Sequence record: ON287375.1
Reading direction: 5' to 3' (one strand)
Length of the DNA stretch: 64,000 nucleotides
Of this stretch, positions 29,689 through 39,121 are shown piece after piece. The position numbers and the translations under genes were made by a program. The notes under the pieces were generated by a model. The model was not told where the DNA came from. It did not search any database and was given only the letters and a program-made list of their open reading frames with translations. Within the stretch, counting starts at the first letter, position 1, and the number at the start of each line of letters is the position of its first letter.

Positions 29689-30621
29689 ATGGCTAATGAA
29701 AGTGGGCGCGACTCCCAGAAACTTCCTAACCAGTTAGTTACTCCGAACGCGCTGGGTGTGATTATCAACGCCGCTTGTTCTACTGGGCAGACTGTTGATA
29801 TTCCAAAATGGACCACTATGAACGAACTGTATGACATCCTTGCTGATGAATCAGTTGGTCGTAAAAATGGTAAAGACTTCAAACTAGCTTACTACGGCAT
29901 TGGTATCGGTGGTTCTCGCTCTATCGGTACTGACGCTAATGGCCTGGAAGGTCGTAAAGTTTATCAGCACAAAGCAACTGACTTTGGTGCTTTCTATCCG
30001 ATCCCATTTGTTATCCGTGAAATTGCAGATGACATCGATCCAGTGATGCGTGATAATTACCGTATTCGCGTTGTTCGCAAAATCGGTGATAAGGTTTACG
30101 TAATGTATTACCTGAAACTGATTGGTTGGACTGAATTCGATCCAAGCATGAAGATCGGTGAACGTGATCCAGCAGCTGGTAACGAAACCGAACGTCCATA
30201 CATTCCAGTTAAAGAAGACCTGACTCCTAAGCCATACGAACTGCTGTCTACTAACAACATCCCAATTACCAACACCTACGTAAACGGTACTGGTAAAATG
30301 GATCTGTCCCTGAATGGGAATGACCTGGAAGAAGTTCGTAACGTTTGTCGTGTACTGTTCAACGATGCAGGTAAAGCTGCAATCAACGAAATGTACCTGG
30401 CTTATGGTATCGAATCTCGTAATACCGGTTCCATCGCGGGTGGTGGTACTGTAGAATATAAAGAACTGCAGTCAGCTTGTGTGTCCTTCCAGATTACCGA
30501 AGCATATGCTCGTGATGCTAACGCTAACAGCAAAATGCCTTACTTCTTCTGGTACGGTAACTCCCTGCCGCTGTTGGTTGATCCATCAGCCGTATCTTTG
30601 GGCGGCGCTGGGATTAAATAA
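29689..30621 (+). CDS. conserved virion structural protein
   Basis: 310 aa with strong high-expression codon bias; structural operon context. Confidence 0.55.
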   Translation: MANESGRDSQKLPNQLVTPNALGVIINAACSTGQTVDIPKWTTMNELYDILADESVGRKNGKDFKLAYYGIGIGGSRSIGTDANGLEGRKVYQHKATDFGAFYPIPFVIREIADDIDPVMRDNYRIRVVRKIGDKVYVMYYLKLIGWTEFDPSMKIGERDPAAGNETERPYIPVKEDLTPKPYELLSTNNIPITNTYVNGTGKMDLSLNGNDLEEVRNVCRVLFNDAGKAAINEMYLAYGIESRNTGSIAGGGTVEYKELQSACVSFQITEAYARDANANSKMPYFFWYGNSLPLLVDPSAVSLGGAGIK

Positions 30622-30638
30622 CCGTAAGGGGCAAAGGA

Positions 30639-31256
30639 ATGACTGAACAAGAACTTCCACTTACCCCACGCCATCTAAAACTTTCTAAATGGACCACGGT
30701 TTCGGCCGTGGCCAGTTCTGTTTATGAAATGTATGGTGATCTTATTGATCCACGGATTTATGAAGATCGTTTAGCTTATGTAGCTGATGATGGTCTACTA
30801 ACTCTTGAAGTGGTTGAAATAAGTACGGGTAAAACAATCTGGGTATTTAAAGATCGATACACTATTACTCGGCAACTTAGTCAAAACACAACGCTTGATA
30901 ATCCTAAAGCTTTCCCTTATCAAGAAGTTGTGAATAACTTTGGTATTACGATTAATACTGAAAAGGAATTGATGTTCCTTAAAGATCTTCCTTTAAATGT
31001 CTATTACGATTCAAGCCAGTTCAACGCAGATAAGTCACGTAAGTTGGCTGATCTTCTTAACCGTTATGGTGTAGGTGATGGTTGGTCCGCTAATCCAAAT
31101 GGCGGTAATACCACAGCTTACTTTATGATGCGTTATTTTGGTCCGGGTTCTAAAGCACCGGATATTTATAACTTCAACCGAGATACTAGTCTTTTAGTTG
31201 TGGTGGAGTTAGCGACGTATGGGGGTTATAAAACCCATGCACTTTTTGTAGGATAA
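30639..31256 (+). CDS. putative virion structural protein
   Basis: 205 aa with an AAGGA SD; operon context. Confidence 0.45.
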   Translation: MTEQELPLTPRHLKLSKWTTVSAVASSVYEMYGDLIDPRIYEDRLAYVADDGLLTLEVVEISTGKTIWVFKDRYTITRQLSQNTTLDNPKAFPYQEVVNNFGITINTEKELMFLKDLPLNVYYDSSQFNADKSRKLADLLNRYGVGDGWSANPNGGNTTAYFMMRYFGPGSKAPDIYNFNRDTSLLVVVELATYGGYKTHALFVG

Positions 31257-31260
31257 AGCT

Positions 31261-31854
31261 ATGACAGTACGCATACTAGGAATAGATCCAGGTATTACTA
31301 ATCTTGGTGCGGCGGCATTGGAAGTAGACTGTTATGAAAGGAAACCATTCAAACTGATTTATGCTGATACCTTACAGGGTGAGTATAATGAGTTTGGTGT
31401 TAGACAGGACAACCCACAACAGGTACGTGCTCTTGGGCTTACACGAGTCTATGGGCATGTATTTGAAATGATTGACCCTGCTGTAGTTTCTTGTGAGGAT
31501 AACTTCTTAGGGATCTCCCCATCAAGTTTTAAACGCCTCATCGAAATAGTTTCTTTCATCCACCAGTACACAGTTACTAATCAGAAAGATGTTGCCTTTA
31601 GACAAGTGCTTCCACGTCTTGCTAAAAAGATCGTAGATGCTGACTTTAGAGGAACAACCAAGGACGATGTTACCAAGGGTCTTATGAAATGTCCTTTCTT
31701 AGACTTGAATGGATTTGATCTGAACAAGTTAACTGAGCACGCCAATGATGCTATACTGTTAGGTCTTTATACTGCTGTTCAGTATTACCGAGACTTAGGT
31801 TGGGACGTGCTTGATGGAAAAGACATCGATAAAACCACCAAATATCCAAAATGA
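31261..31854 (+). CDS. ruvC: RuvC-like Holliday junction resolvase
   Basis: ILGIDPGITNLG (catalytic D), VSCED (E) and HANDAI (D): the RuvC catalytic set. Confidence 0.85.
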   Translation: MTVRILGIDPGITNLGAAALEVDCYERKPFKLIYADTLQGEYNEFGVRQDNPQQVRALGLTRVYGHVFEMIDPAVVSCEDNFLGISPSSFKRLIEIVSFIHQYTVTNQKDVAFRQVLPRLAKKIVDADFRGTTKDDVTKGLMKCPFLDLNGFDLNKLTEHANDAILLGLYTAVQYYRDLGWDVLDGKDIDKTTKYPK

Positions 31855-32470
31855 TATAAAGCGTTGGGATAAATTCCCAATAGCCTTAAAAGCGATATCT
31901 GGTTTCAGTTCTTGCATAACAGTTAATGCAGAAAGTGCTATCTTTATTCTGTCCATACATCTCTCTGTTACAGGAGGTGTCTCAACGTGGCCTGGAATAC
32001 TCACAGCACTTATCATGATGATGGGACCTATTATCATCGCATGGAACTTCGTTAACGCAAGAGCGATTATAACAACTATATTAACATCACCTGAAGATAA
32101 CCCAGGTGGAGAGCCCGTTGCTAAACAAATAGTGGTGCCTCAGATACCATCTATTGTTACTGCTAACGATTTTGCTATTGAGCGTGAACTAGTGGGACCG
32201 ACATCAGTTATTCTAAGAGCAATAGCTGGGGCTGTATCTACACATGTCATTTGTTTCTGTAGCTTGTTGTTTACTTGGACGATACACGACTCTATGATCT
32301 CTGGTAAACCTCTTCCGAGTAATTCAGAGTTACTATTAGTCGTCATAGGTCCAGTGGTTACTTCCTGGAACTTTGTTCGGGCAAGTGCTACGATTAATAC
32401 CGTTATTCAAGGTGCTAATAAACTTGAGAAGTTCCGTACTAAGCTGGCTAGTTGGATACAACCAAAATAA
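31814..32470 (+). CDS. 4-TM membrane protein with internal duplication (holin candidate)
   Basis: Two repeats, each ending GP-x4-WNFV-x-A; hydrophobic helices; converges on the spanin pair. Confidence 0.5.
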   Translation: MEKTSIKPPNIQNDIKRWDKFPIALKAISGFSSCITVNAESAIFILSIHLSVTGGVSTWPGILTALIMMMGPIIIAWNFVNARAIITTILTSPEDNPGGEPVAKQIVVPQIPSIVTANDFAIERELVGPTSVILRAIAGAVSTHVICFCSLLFTWTIHDSMISGKPLPSNSELLLVVIGPVVTSWNFVRASATINTVIQGANKLEKFRTKLASWIQPK

Positions 32471-32480
32471 ACAACATACT

Positions 32481-32513
32481 CCCCTACCCACTCCTTAATT
32501 GGAGGGGTAGGGG
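32481..32513. terminator. bidirectional terminator with TATG tails on both strands
   Basis: CCCCTACCC-A-CTCC-TTAATT-GGAG-GGGTAGGGG, with CATA at 32475-78 and TATG at 32515-18. Confidence 0.75.
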
Positions 32514-32523
32514 TTATGCTTAC

Positions 32524-33009
32524 TTATTTAACCAACTTCAAAGAGAGTTTAGTTTTCTCTGTAGAACCGTCATCAAAGTTATCGATGATCTGGTTTATGT
32601 TACTGCGTAGTCGGCCAACAACTTCGTTCAGTCCATTGATACGATCGTTAGAAGCATCAAGCTCCTTAGTAGTACCGATTAACAGGAGCCGGGTATGTAG
32701 ATAACACATTTTAAAGTCATCAGCAGCCAAGCAATCATTGTTAGCCAGGAACTGATCCAAATTACCAATCATTGGTTCTATAGGTTTCCAATCATCAGTA
32801 TATATGTTGGTTGGTACATCAGTTAGAGATGGCTTTAGTGTTACTAGCTGGCTTTTGTACAGGTTGAGCTTTTGAAGCTCCGTCTTTGCTTCCACGTACG
32901 TTTCCGCTTCCGATATCTTCGGACCGCTGCAAGCGCAGATCATAAAGCTCAGACAAATTACCAGCATCCCTTTTAGGGTCATATCCGTATTTTTGATAAA
33001 GGTCTTCAT
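32524..33009 (-). CDS. o-spanin (Rz1-like outer-membrane lipoprotein)
   Basis: AAGGTG SD before ATG 33009. Signal peptide MKTFIKNTDMTLKGMLVICLSFMICA followed by a lipobox Cys; C-terminal coiled coil; overlaps the i-spanin 3' end in another frame. Confidence 0.65.
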   Translation of the reverse strand: MKTFIKNTDMTLKGMLVICLSFMICACSGPKISEAETYVEAKTELQKLNLYKSQLVTLKPSLTDVPTNIYTDDWKPIEPMIGNLDQFLANNDCLAADDFKMCYLHTRLLLIGTTKELDASNDRINGLNEVVGRLRSNINQIIDNFDDGSTEKTKLSLKLVK

Positions 33010-33268
33010 ATTCACCTTCACGTTTAAGGTTATTAGCGTAACTAGACTTCTGTAAGTTCTCAGTCCATTCACGCTGAGCATTGGCTGTTTTAGTCATATT
33101 CTCCGCAGTTACAGAGATACGGTCAACAGCTGTAGTCAGTTTATCAATGGTATCTTTACTTACAGTACTATCCTGTTTAAAGATTAACCAGCCACCAATG
33201 AACAACACCAATATCCATAAAGCGATGGTGTTCAAAGCAGCTAGCTTATTTTTAAATGACTCGTTCAT
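32819..33268 (-). CDS. i-spanin (Rz-like inner-membrane protein)
   Basis: Single N-terminal TM (LAALNTIALWILVLFIGGWLIF), then a periplasmic coiled coil; overlapped by the lipoprotein gene. Confidence 0.65.
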   Translation of the reverse strand: MNESFKNKLAALNTIALWILVLFIGGWLIFKQDSTVSKDTIDKLTTAVDRISVTAENMTKTANAQREWTENLQKSSYANNLKREGEYEDLYQKYGYDPKRDAGNLSELYDLRLQRSEDIGSGNVRGSKDGASKAQPVQKPASNTKAISN

Positions 33269-34494
33269 CTTGTTTTTCCTAGATCAACTGCGTGAATCTT
33301 AAACATCCACCCTTTCATCAAGGCACCGGGATTACCTGGGTTGACAGTGTCGTTAGGAACCACATTGCCATCTAAGGTACCAGTAGTTAGTGTAGGATAT
33401 TTGTTATAGATACGCAAGTCATGAGACCAGAGACGTTGTCCAATTCCATAGGTACGAATATAAGGAACTGGGAACATCCCATTATCCACAACTAAAGGAT
33501 GTTGGAACTTCTCTTCAGTGTGGAGTACAGTCGGGTAATGGAAAGTAGTCATAGGACTAACATCCACACCCACACTAGGGTTATCGATTAACACGATGAA
33601 ACTGTTGTCAGCTAAAAGAGCTTGCTGTTTATAAGTATCGAACTTAGTGAGGTTCGTTAACTTAGGTGTTCTGGTATAGTGTTGATAATTGAAGTAATGA
33701 TGAATGACATCAAACGAAGTTAAATCAATAGCAATACGATCATCAGCAACTTTGTAAGTGATACTGTTGTCCACTAACAACTGACCATTGACAACAACAT
33801 AAATCGTCTTAGCACTCAGATCGTCAGTTACTTTGATCTCCCAACGTTTATTAGACGTAGTGGAGACTTCTTGTAAGATATTTTTAGTAATCGGAATAGT
33901 TTTGATCTTACCGATTTTCTGGAAATTCAATGCCCCGATTCTTAAATCTTTACGATTCTTGATATAGTCCAGTCCAGCACCCAACAAATAGATACCGTCT
34001 TTACGACCAACCGATCTGGTGAATACACCGTTCACTTGGAACAAGGCGTAATCATTAATATGGTTATAGTCGATATTTTGATACCTGTATTGTTCTATTC
34101 TAATGTCAGGTGCACCATCAGAAGTGAGTAGGTCCTGTCTATCATTTGCGAGGTTTATGTTAGCCGGATAGTGGAAGTAACCATAGGTGAAAATACGTTC
34201 TAACTTAACATAACGGTACTTATCACCAGGCATAACGTCAGATAAAGTCAAGACATCATTTACTTTGGTGTCTAGCCATTTCTGAATTGTTAAGGTTGGA
34301 TTTTTGGCGAAGTCAAGTCGGTAGTCTTGAAGAGTAATGCAGACTTTATCTTTAAACATGCTGTCATCGATGACGATGTAAAGAAGGTCAAACAGTTTCT
34401 CAAGATCAGCGACACTATAGTCAGCAATATCAACAATGTGATAGCCTGGTCTATAGTTTCTGTATCGCCCCACTGAGTATTTGTATGTATACAT
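33265..34494 (-). CDS. conserved virion structural protein (baseplate region)
   Basis: 409 aa, divergent from the fibre cluster; ATGA coupling to the i-spanin. Confidence 0.5.
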   Translation of the reverse strand: MYTYKYSVGRYRNYRPGYHIVDIADYSVADLEKLFDLLYIVIDDSMFKDKVCITLQDYRLDFAKNPTLTIQKWLDTKVNDVLTLSDVMPGDKYRYVKLERIFTYGYFHYPANINLANDRQDLLTSDGAPDIRIEQYRYQNIDYNHINDYALFQVNGVFTRSVGRKDGIYLLGAGLDYIKNRKDLRIGALNFQKIGKIKTIPITKNILQEVSTTSNKRWEIKVTDDLSAKTIYVVVNGQLLVDNSITYKVADDRIAIDLTSFDVIHHYFNYQHYTRTPKLTNLTKFDTYKQQALLADNSFIVLIDNPSVGVDVSPMTTFHYPTVLHTEEKFQHPLVVDNGMFPVPYIRTYGIGQRLWSHDLRIYNKYPTLTTGTLDGNVVPNDTVNPGNPGALMKGWMFKIHAVDLGKTR

Positions 34495-34523
34495 GTTCTA
34501 AACCTTATAGAGGAACATAGCTA

Positions 34524-35288
34524 ATGTCAAAAGATTCAAGGGTTCAGGTATCTGGTAAAATAGTCTATCCTTGGAATCCGTTCCAGGATTTGGCTGACTG
34601 CCGGATTACTAATGAATCAGCTCATGTTGAAGGTGGAGACAAAGGAACTATTATTGTTCCTCGTAATGGTCCATTCTTCAGTCGTAATTTTGTTATTAAA
34701 AAGAAAGGGTCTGATCGCCCCCTTAGTATGGAAGCTGGTGAATATAGTTTCATCCACCCATTCGGTGCTTTCATCAAACGTTATAACCGTTTAGTCTGGG
34801 GTGCCATTGTAGTTAAAGGTGTTGCTACTCCAACTGACTATGTAATCGAGTATGACACCATCGGTGGTGATTTTGTACTGAACGACGCAGCTTATGCAGC
34901 CGCAGTTGCAAATACACTCACTGCTCCACGTACGATTGACTGGAACGATATCGTTAATCTGCCTCTGGTATGGCCACCGGATCCACATGACCATCCTGCA
35001 TCTGATACCATGAACTATGGTGACTTGATCGCTTGGATGCAGTCTTATCTGGATGCCATCACAGATAATGATACCAGTGTAAGCTTCGTTAGCGAATTCA
35101 AAGCCCACTTAGAAGCAGATCTCCAGCACGCTCACAAAGCTACTTTAGAAATGCTTGGTGTTGCACACCTCAAAGACTGGGCAATGGCCACTACTGATGA
35201 TATTCAAGGTAACTCTACCGAACTACTCATCAACATGGCTGTAATGAAAGAAGCTATTCGTGGTTATAGCCGTGGTGACTGGCGTTAA
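34524..35288 (+). CDS. short member of the fibre/baseplate-attachment paralog family
   Basis: PRNGPFF... and IDWNDIVNLP...PHDH motifs are shared with the N-termini of the 35333 and 39122 ORFs. Confidence 0.55.
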   Translation: MSKDSRVQVSGKIVYPWNPFQDLADCRITNESAHVEGGDKGTIIVPRNGPFFSRNFVIKKKGSDRPLSMEAGEYSFIHPFGAFIKRYNRLVWGAIVVKGVATPTDYVIEYDTIGGDFVLNDAAYAAAVANTLTAPRTIDWNDIVNLPLVWPPDPHDHPASDTMNYGDLIAWMQSYLDAITDNDTSVSFVSEFKAHLEADLQHAHKATLEMLGVAHLKDWAMATTDDIQGNSTELLINMAVMKEAIRGYSRGDWR

Positions 35289-35299
35289 ATAACTCTCAC

Positions 35300-35329
35300 C
35301 TTAACCGGAATCTTCGGGTTCCGGTTAAG
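35300..35329 (+). terminator. hairpin
   Basis: CTTAACCGGAATC-TTCG-GGTTCCGGTTAAG. Confidence 0.6.
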
Positions 35330-35332
35330 TAC

Positions 35333-38300
35333 ATGAAAAGGTTATATCCAATGATCAAAGAAGACATTCCTTTATATAAACTTGACTTAACCGGTGAAGA
35401 CCGTTTTAATAAAGTCAATCAGGAATTCATGTATCGTCAGGATGTAAAGAATAATAACATCGTCATTCCCAATTACGCTCCTTTCTATCAGAAGTCTGTA
35501 AGACTGTATGATAAGAATAGAAAGTCACTGGTGGAGAATGAGGATTACGAGTTCTATGGAATTATGGGTAAGCTTACTAAGTTTACTGGTAAACCTGTAG
35601 GTCTCTTTATTCGCATCCTTAAAGATGAAATCACTGAATGGTACATCGATTATCAAGTTGTTGGTAACTTTAATAAGATCACCAATGAAATTCTGAATAT
35701 GCTGAAAAGCATTCATGAAGACGATCGTTATGTTGATTTTGAAAATATTCAAAACAGACCACTGTGGTTTATCCCAGAAATTCACCAACATGATTTAGCA
35801 TATCAGATCTATGGTTTCACTGACTTGGTTCGTGAACTGAATCGTATTGCTGAACTGCAAGCAACTATGGTGTCTGCACAAGACTTCATGGTTCAGATGT
35901 TGAAGGACCACCTCAAGGTATACGTAGAAGGTTACAAGAAAGTTATTAATGATCTTGTCCAGTCACATATCAACAACAAGCATGATGCCCACGGTACTGA
36001 CAAAACTAAGATAGGTCTTGACTTAGTAGATAACATCCCAGCAGCCAACCTGCAAGAGACTCTGGAAGGTTTACGAGACGATCTTACAGTTACACCATTT
36101 AATGCTAAGCGTGCCGCTATGGCAGCTTCAGGGACGAATGAGAGACTATATCCAGCAGGTGCTCTACCTATTCTGCGATACGGGTCTGACACATTCATTC
36201 CTCCAACCATCTCTGGTTCCTTCGAAGGTCTTGGTGGTTTAAATAGACAGTCAGGTGCGATTGTTGAAACTGATGGTACTCTGTTGATGCTTCAGCACCG
36301 TAACAACGGTAAGATTCGTGGTCTCTATTTTATTCGCTCCGTTAACTGGCGTTCTCAGAATCCTGACTACGAGTTTACTTCGTATCAGTATGTTCACCCA
36401 ACTGCAACAGCAGATGGTGCTCAGTTAGATACCATCATGAATGGTTCAAACCGTTACATCATGGTTGTTGGCGACTCAGTTAAGAATATCTGGTATTGGT
36501 GTGAGACCAAAGGTACCTTTAACCCTAACCGCCACGTACTCCATCGTATTACTGGTGTTTGGATTGATGAAGACCTCGCTGATAAGCGTGGTGGATGGAT
36601 TGACCACCCTACTTCTAAGATGTGTCTGTTAGCTGACTCGACTTACCCCAATACTTGGTGTATCGTTCAGGGTTATAACCTCTGGCAGTTTGAAGAACGT
36701 CGTCAATTAGAACACCCTTCTAATTGGTATAACGTTCGAGGTATTAACTTAGGTGAAGCTGGTTTCTCATTCATCGTTTTCCATAACCTTTCTAGTAAAG
36801 GTATCAGGGCTAATGTAGATTTTACTCACCCTGTGTTTGGTAATAAGAATGATAAATACTTTACACCTTGGTGGCCTGAGTTTGGTAAGGACGGGGATCA
36901 GGATTATGAGATCCTATCTCACTATGCTCGCTACGATCCACCTAGTAAAAGTATCTGGGGTCACCGTACCATATTCAGTTATTGGAAGAAAATGCAGAAT
37001 GAAGATGTCTGGAATTTTAAACTTCAGATTACTTCTGCTGAAACTGATAAACCTGGTGGATGGAATGGGTTCCATGCTCAATATAGAGCCAGACTAACAT
37101 TTGACTTTAATGGTGATAATGTCACTGTCCACATTAAACCATCTGAAGGCTCTGATAAGCTTTACACCATAGATCCTTATAACCGTAAAGCTGGTGTTAA
37201 GGAATATGACGATTATTATAAATGGGTGTTTACCGGTAGCTATCCAGATGGATGTGACTTAGTCGGTCACGCAATGATTGCGGATAACTTTATTGTATTT
37301 GCGGATGGTGCAGCAAACGGTACATTCCCAAGCCCTTACTTCATGCTTCAATGTGACTGGTTGAAAACACCAGAAAACATTCTGATGGCGGGTGGTCAAA
37401 ACCGTTATTATGATGGTGATGGTTATCGTACCTTCGATGAACTGAACCCTATTGGTTTATCAGCCGGGTTTGTTGGGAACTATTATTATCCGATGGATAG
37501 TGATGATCCTAAGTCTGGCTGTTTGATGACTAAACAGTTAATCGTTAAAGATGGTAAGATGGTCCCTCAGTGGATTGCTCGTAAAGCCGATATCTATAAT
37601 ACCGATTATAGTGTTCGTAAACCACCAGAGATCTCAGTATACGGCGGCCAAAATGTTGAGCACTATCCTTACCTATCTGAAGTTCATCAGACTAACTTAG
37701 GTCAGCAGGTACGGTTTAATAACATTTCTAAACCAGCCGGTGTAAACAACCCATATAACAGACCAAATATCTATGCCGTGTCTATGTTAGGTGCCTCAGC
37801 AGGTACTTACATTACAGGTAAAGGTAATGGAGGTCGTGGTTTTAATGGGGATGGACTTTTAGTCTGGGAAATGCAAACCAAGCTGGTCAATAATGTTATT
37901 AACTTTACTCCTAAAGTTGTATTCGATTTAAATACCTTTGTCCGTAATCAGTTGGTCCAGTTATTCGCACCTTATGGCTTTAATGCTTCTCAAGTCACTA
38001 ATTCATGGACTGTTGGTCGGTTTGTGGATACACGTGGGTATATCAGAGAAATATTCGGGGTGTACAAAATCGAAGGGAGTAAGTGTACAGCGGCATTTGT
38101 TATCGGTATGCTTGGTGGATATTCAACTCCAACTAACAAAGATGGTTATCAATACTACCGCGATGTTATTTGGAATCAGGCATCTGAAGTTCACACCATA
38201 GTAACTGACCAATTAGCTGCTCAAGGTGGGGATGACTATACATTTACCTGGTTTAATGAACTAGGTGGGTCTAAGATCTATCAAGGTGCTTGCACATCAG

Positions 38301-39067
38301 TACCATATAAAGCTCGCAACCCAGGTAATGGTCAAGTAGTTGACGATTCGACTTACACTATTAATTTCCGTTTTGACTCTAAGTATAATGCTCAGTATGG
38401 TGATGGTCGTGTAAACGTTGTTCTGGAAGTTAATGCCGCCAATCATCAGATCATGAATAGCATGCAGATGTACGGTACATATTGGAACATCATCGGATCT
38501 CTCGACCATTCCCCATGGTACGGTATGATCAACACCGATAAAGGGCTTAATCTATTTGAGACTGCAGGTAACGCAGGTACAGCCACAAATCAAAACATAC
38601 CGATCTACCAAGCCATCGCTAGTTATGATTTTTCAGGACCCATGGTAGTTGGGGCGACGAATATTATCACTCCTGCCTATACCATCTATTTCCAGAAAAT
38701 GACGAACATTCTGTTAGCAGGTAAAATGTACAACATTCCTGCTCAGTATATCGACATTCTGGATATCGATCCTGATCCAGCCAACAAGACATATTACGTT
38801 TACCTCTACTATAGTGGTGGTTTAGCGAAATACTCGGTTGGTTTAGAAGTTAGACCTGAGAGTGCATCTCAGTCCTTGATTGCTACCGTTTATTGTGGAC
38901 CTACACAGATTGACCGCATTATCCCGTATAACCGGTTCTCTCTGGATGGGGCTACATTTACAACTACCAGACAAGGTTCGTCTGTACTTGGTTCCACTGG
39001 TTCTGTATTTGAAATTGGCGATACAGATGCTATTCTGTTACCTGGTGACTTCTTACCTGAAAACTAA
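35333..39067 (+). CDS. large tail fibre/baseplate-appendage protein 1
   Basis: 1244 aa. HDAHGTDKTKIGLDLVDN fibre motif, PPTISGSFEGLGG, beta-rich body; C-terminal module shared with the next ORF. Confidence 0.65.
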   Translation: MKRLYPMIKEDIPLYKLDLTGEDRFNKVNQEFMYRQDVKNNNIVIPNYAPFYQKSVRLYDKNRKSLVENEDYEFYGIMGKLTKFTGKPVGLFIRILKDEITEWYIDYQVVGNFNKITNEILNMLKSIHEDDRYVDFENIQNRPLWFIPEIHQHDLAYQIYGFTDLVRELNRIAELQATMVSAQDFMVQMLKDHLKVYVEGYKKVINDLVQSHINNKHDAHGTDKTKIGLDLVDNIPAANLQETLEGLRDDLTVTPFNAKRAAMAASGTNERLYPAGALPILRYGSDTFIPPTISGSFEGLGGLNRQSGAIVETDGTLLMLQHRNNGKIRGLYFIRSVNWRSQNPDYEFTSYQYVHPTATADGAQLDTIMNGSNRYIMVVGDSVKNIWYWCETKGTFNPNRHVLHRITGVWIDEDLADKRGGWIDHPTSKMCLLADSTYPNTWCIVQGYNLWQFEERRQLEHPSNWYNVRGINLGEAGFSFIVFHNLSSKGIRANVDFTHPVFGNKNDKYFTPWWPEFGKDGDQDYEILSHYARYDPPSKSIWGHRTIFSYWKKMQNEDVWNFKLQITSAETDKPGGWNGFHAQYRARLTFDFNGDNVTVHIKPSEGSDKLYTIDPYNRKAGVKEYDDYYKWVFTGSYPDGCDLVGHAMIADNFIVFADGAANGTFPSPYFMLQCDWLKTPENILMAGGQNRYYDGDGYRTFDELNPIGLSAGFVGNYYYPMDSDDPKSGCLMTKQLIVKDGKMVPQWIARKADIYNTDYSVRKPPEISVYGGQNVEHYPYLSEVHQTNLGQQVRFNNISKPAGVNNPYNRPNIYAVSMLGASAGTYITGKGNGGRGFNGDGLLVWEMQTKLVNNVINFTPKVVFDLNTFVRNQLVQLFAPYGFNASQVTNSWTVGRFVDTRGYIREIFGVYKIEGSKCTAAFVIGMLGGYSTPTNKDGYQYYRDVIWNQASEVHTIVTDQLAAQGGDDYTFTWFNELGGSKIYQGACTSVPYKARNPGNGQVVDDSTYTINFRFDSKYNAQYGDGRVNVVLEVNAANHQIMNSMQMYGTYWNIIGSLDHSPWYGMINTDKGLNLFETAGNAGTATNQNIPIYQAIASYDFSGPMVVGATNIITPAYTIYFQKMTNILLAGKMYNIPAQYIDILDIDPDPANKTYYVYLYYSGGLAKYSVGLEVRPESASQSLIATVYCGPTQIDRIIPYNRFSLDGATFTTTRQGSSVLGSTGSVFEIGDTDAILLPGDFLPEN

Positions 39068-39076
39068 ATAACTACT

Positions 39077-39098
39077 GGGGCGATCTTTTGATCGCTCC
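39077..39098 (+). terminator. hairpin
   Basis: GGGGCGATC-TTTT-GATCGCTCC. Confidence 0.5.
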
Positions 39099-39121
39099 AA
39101 TAGTTTATTATCGAGGTTGAA

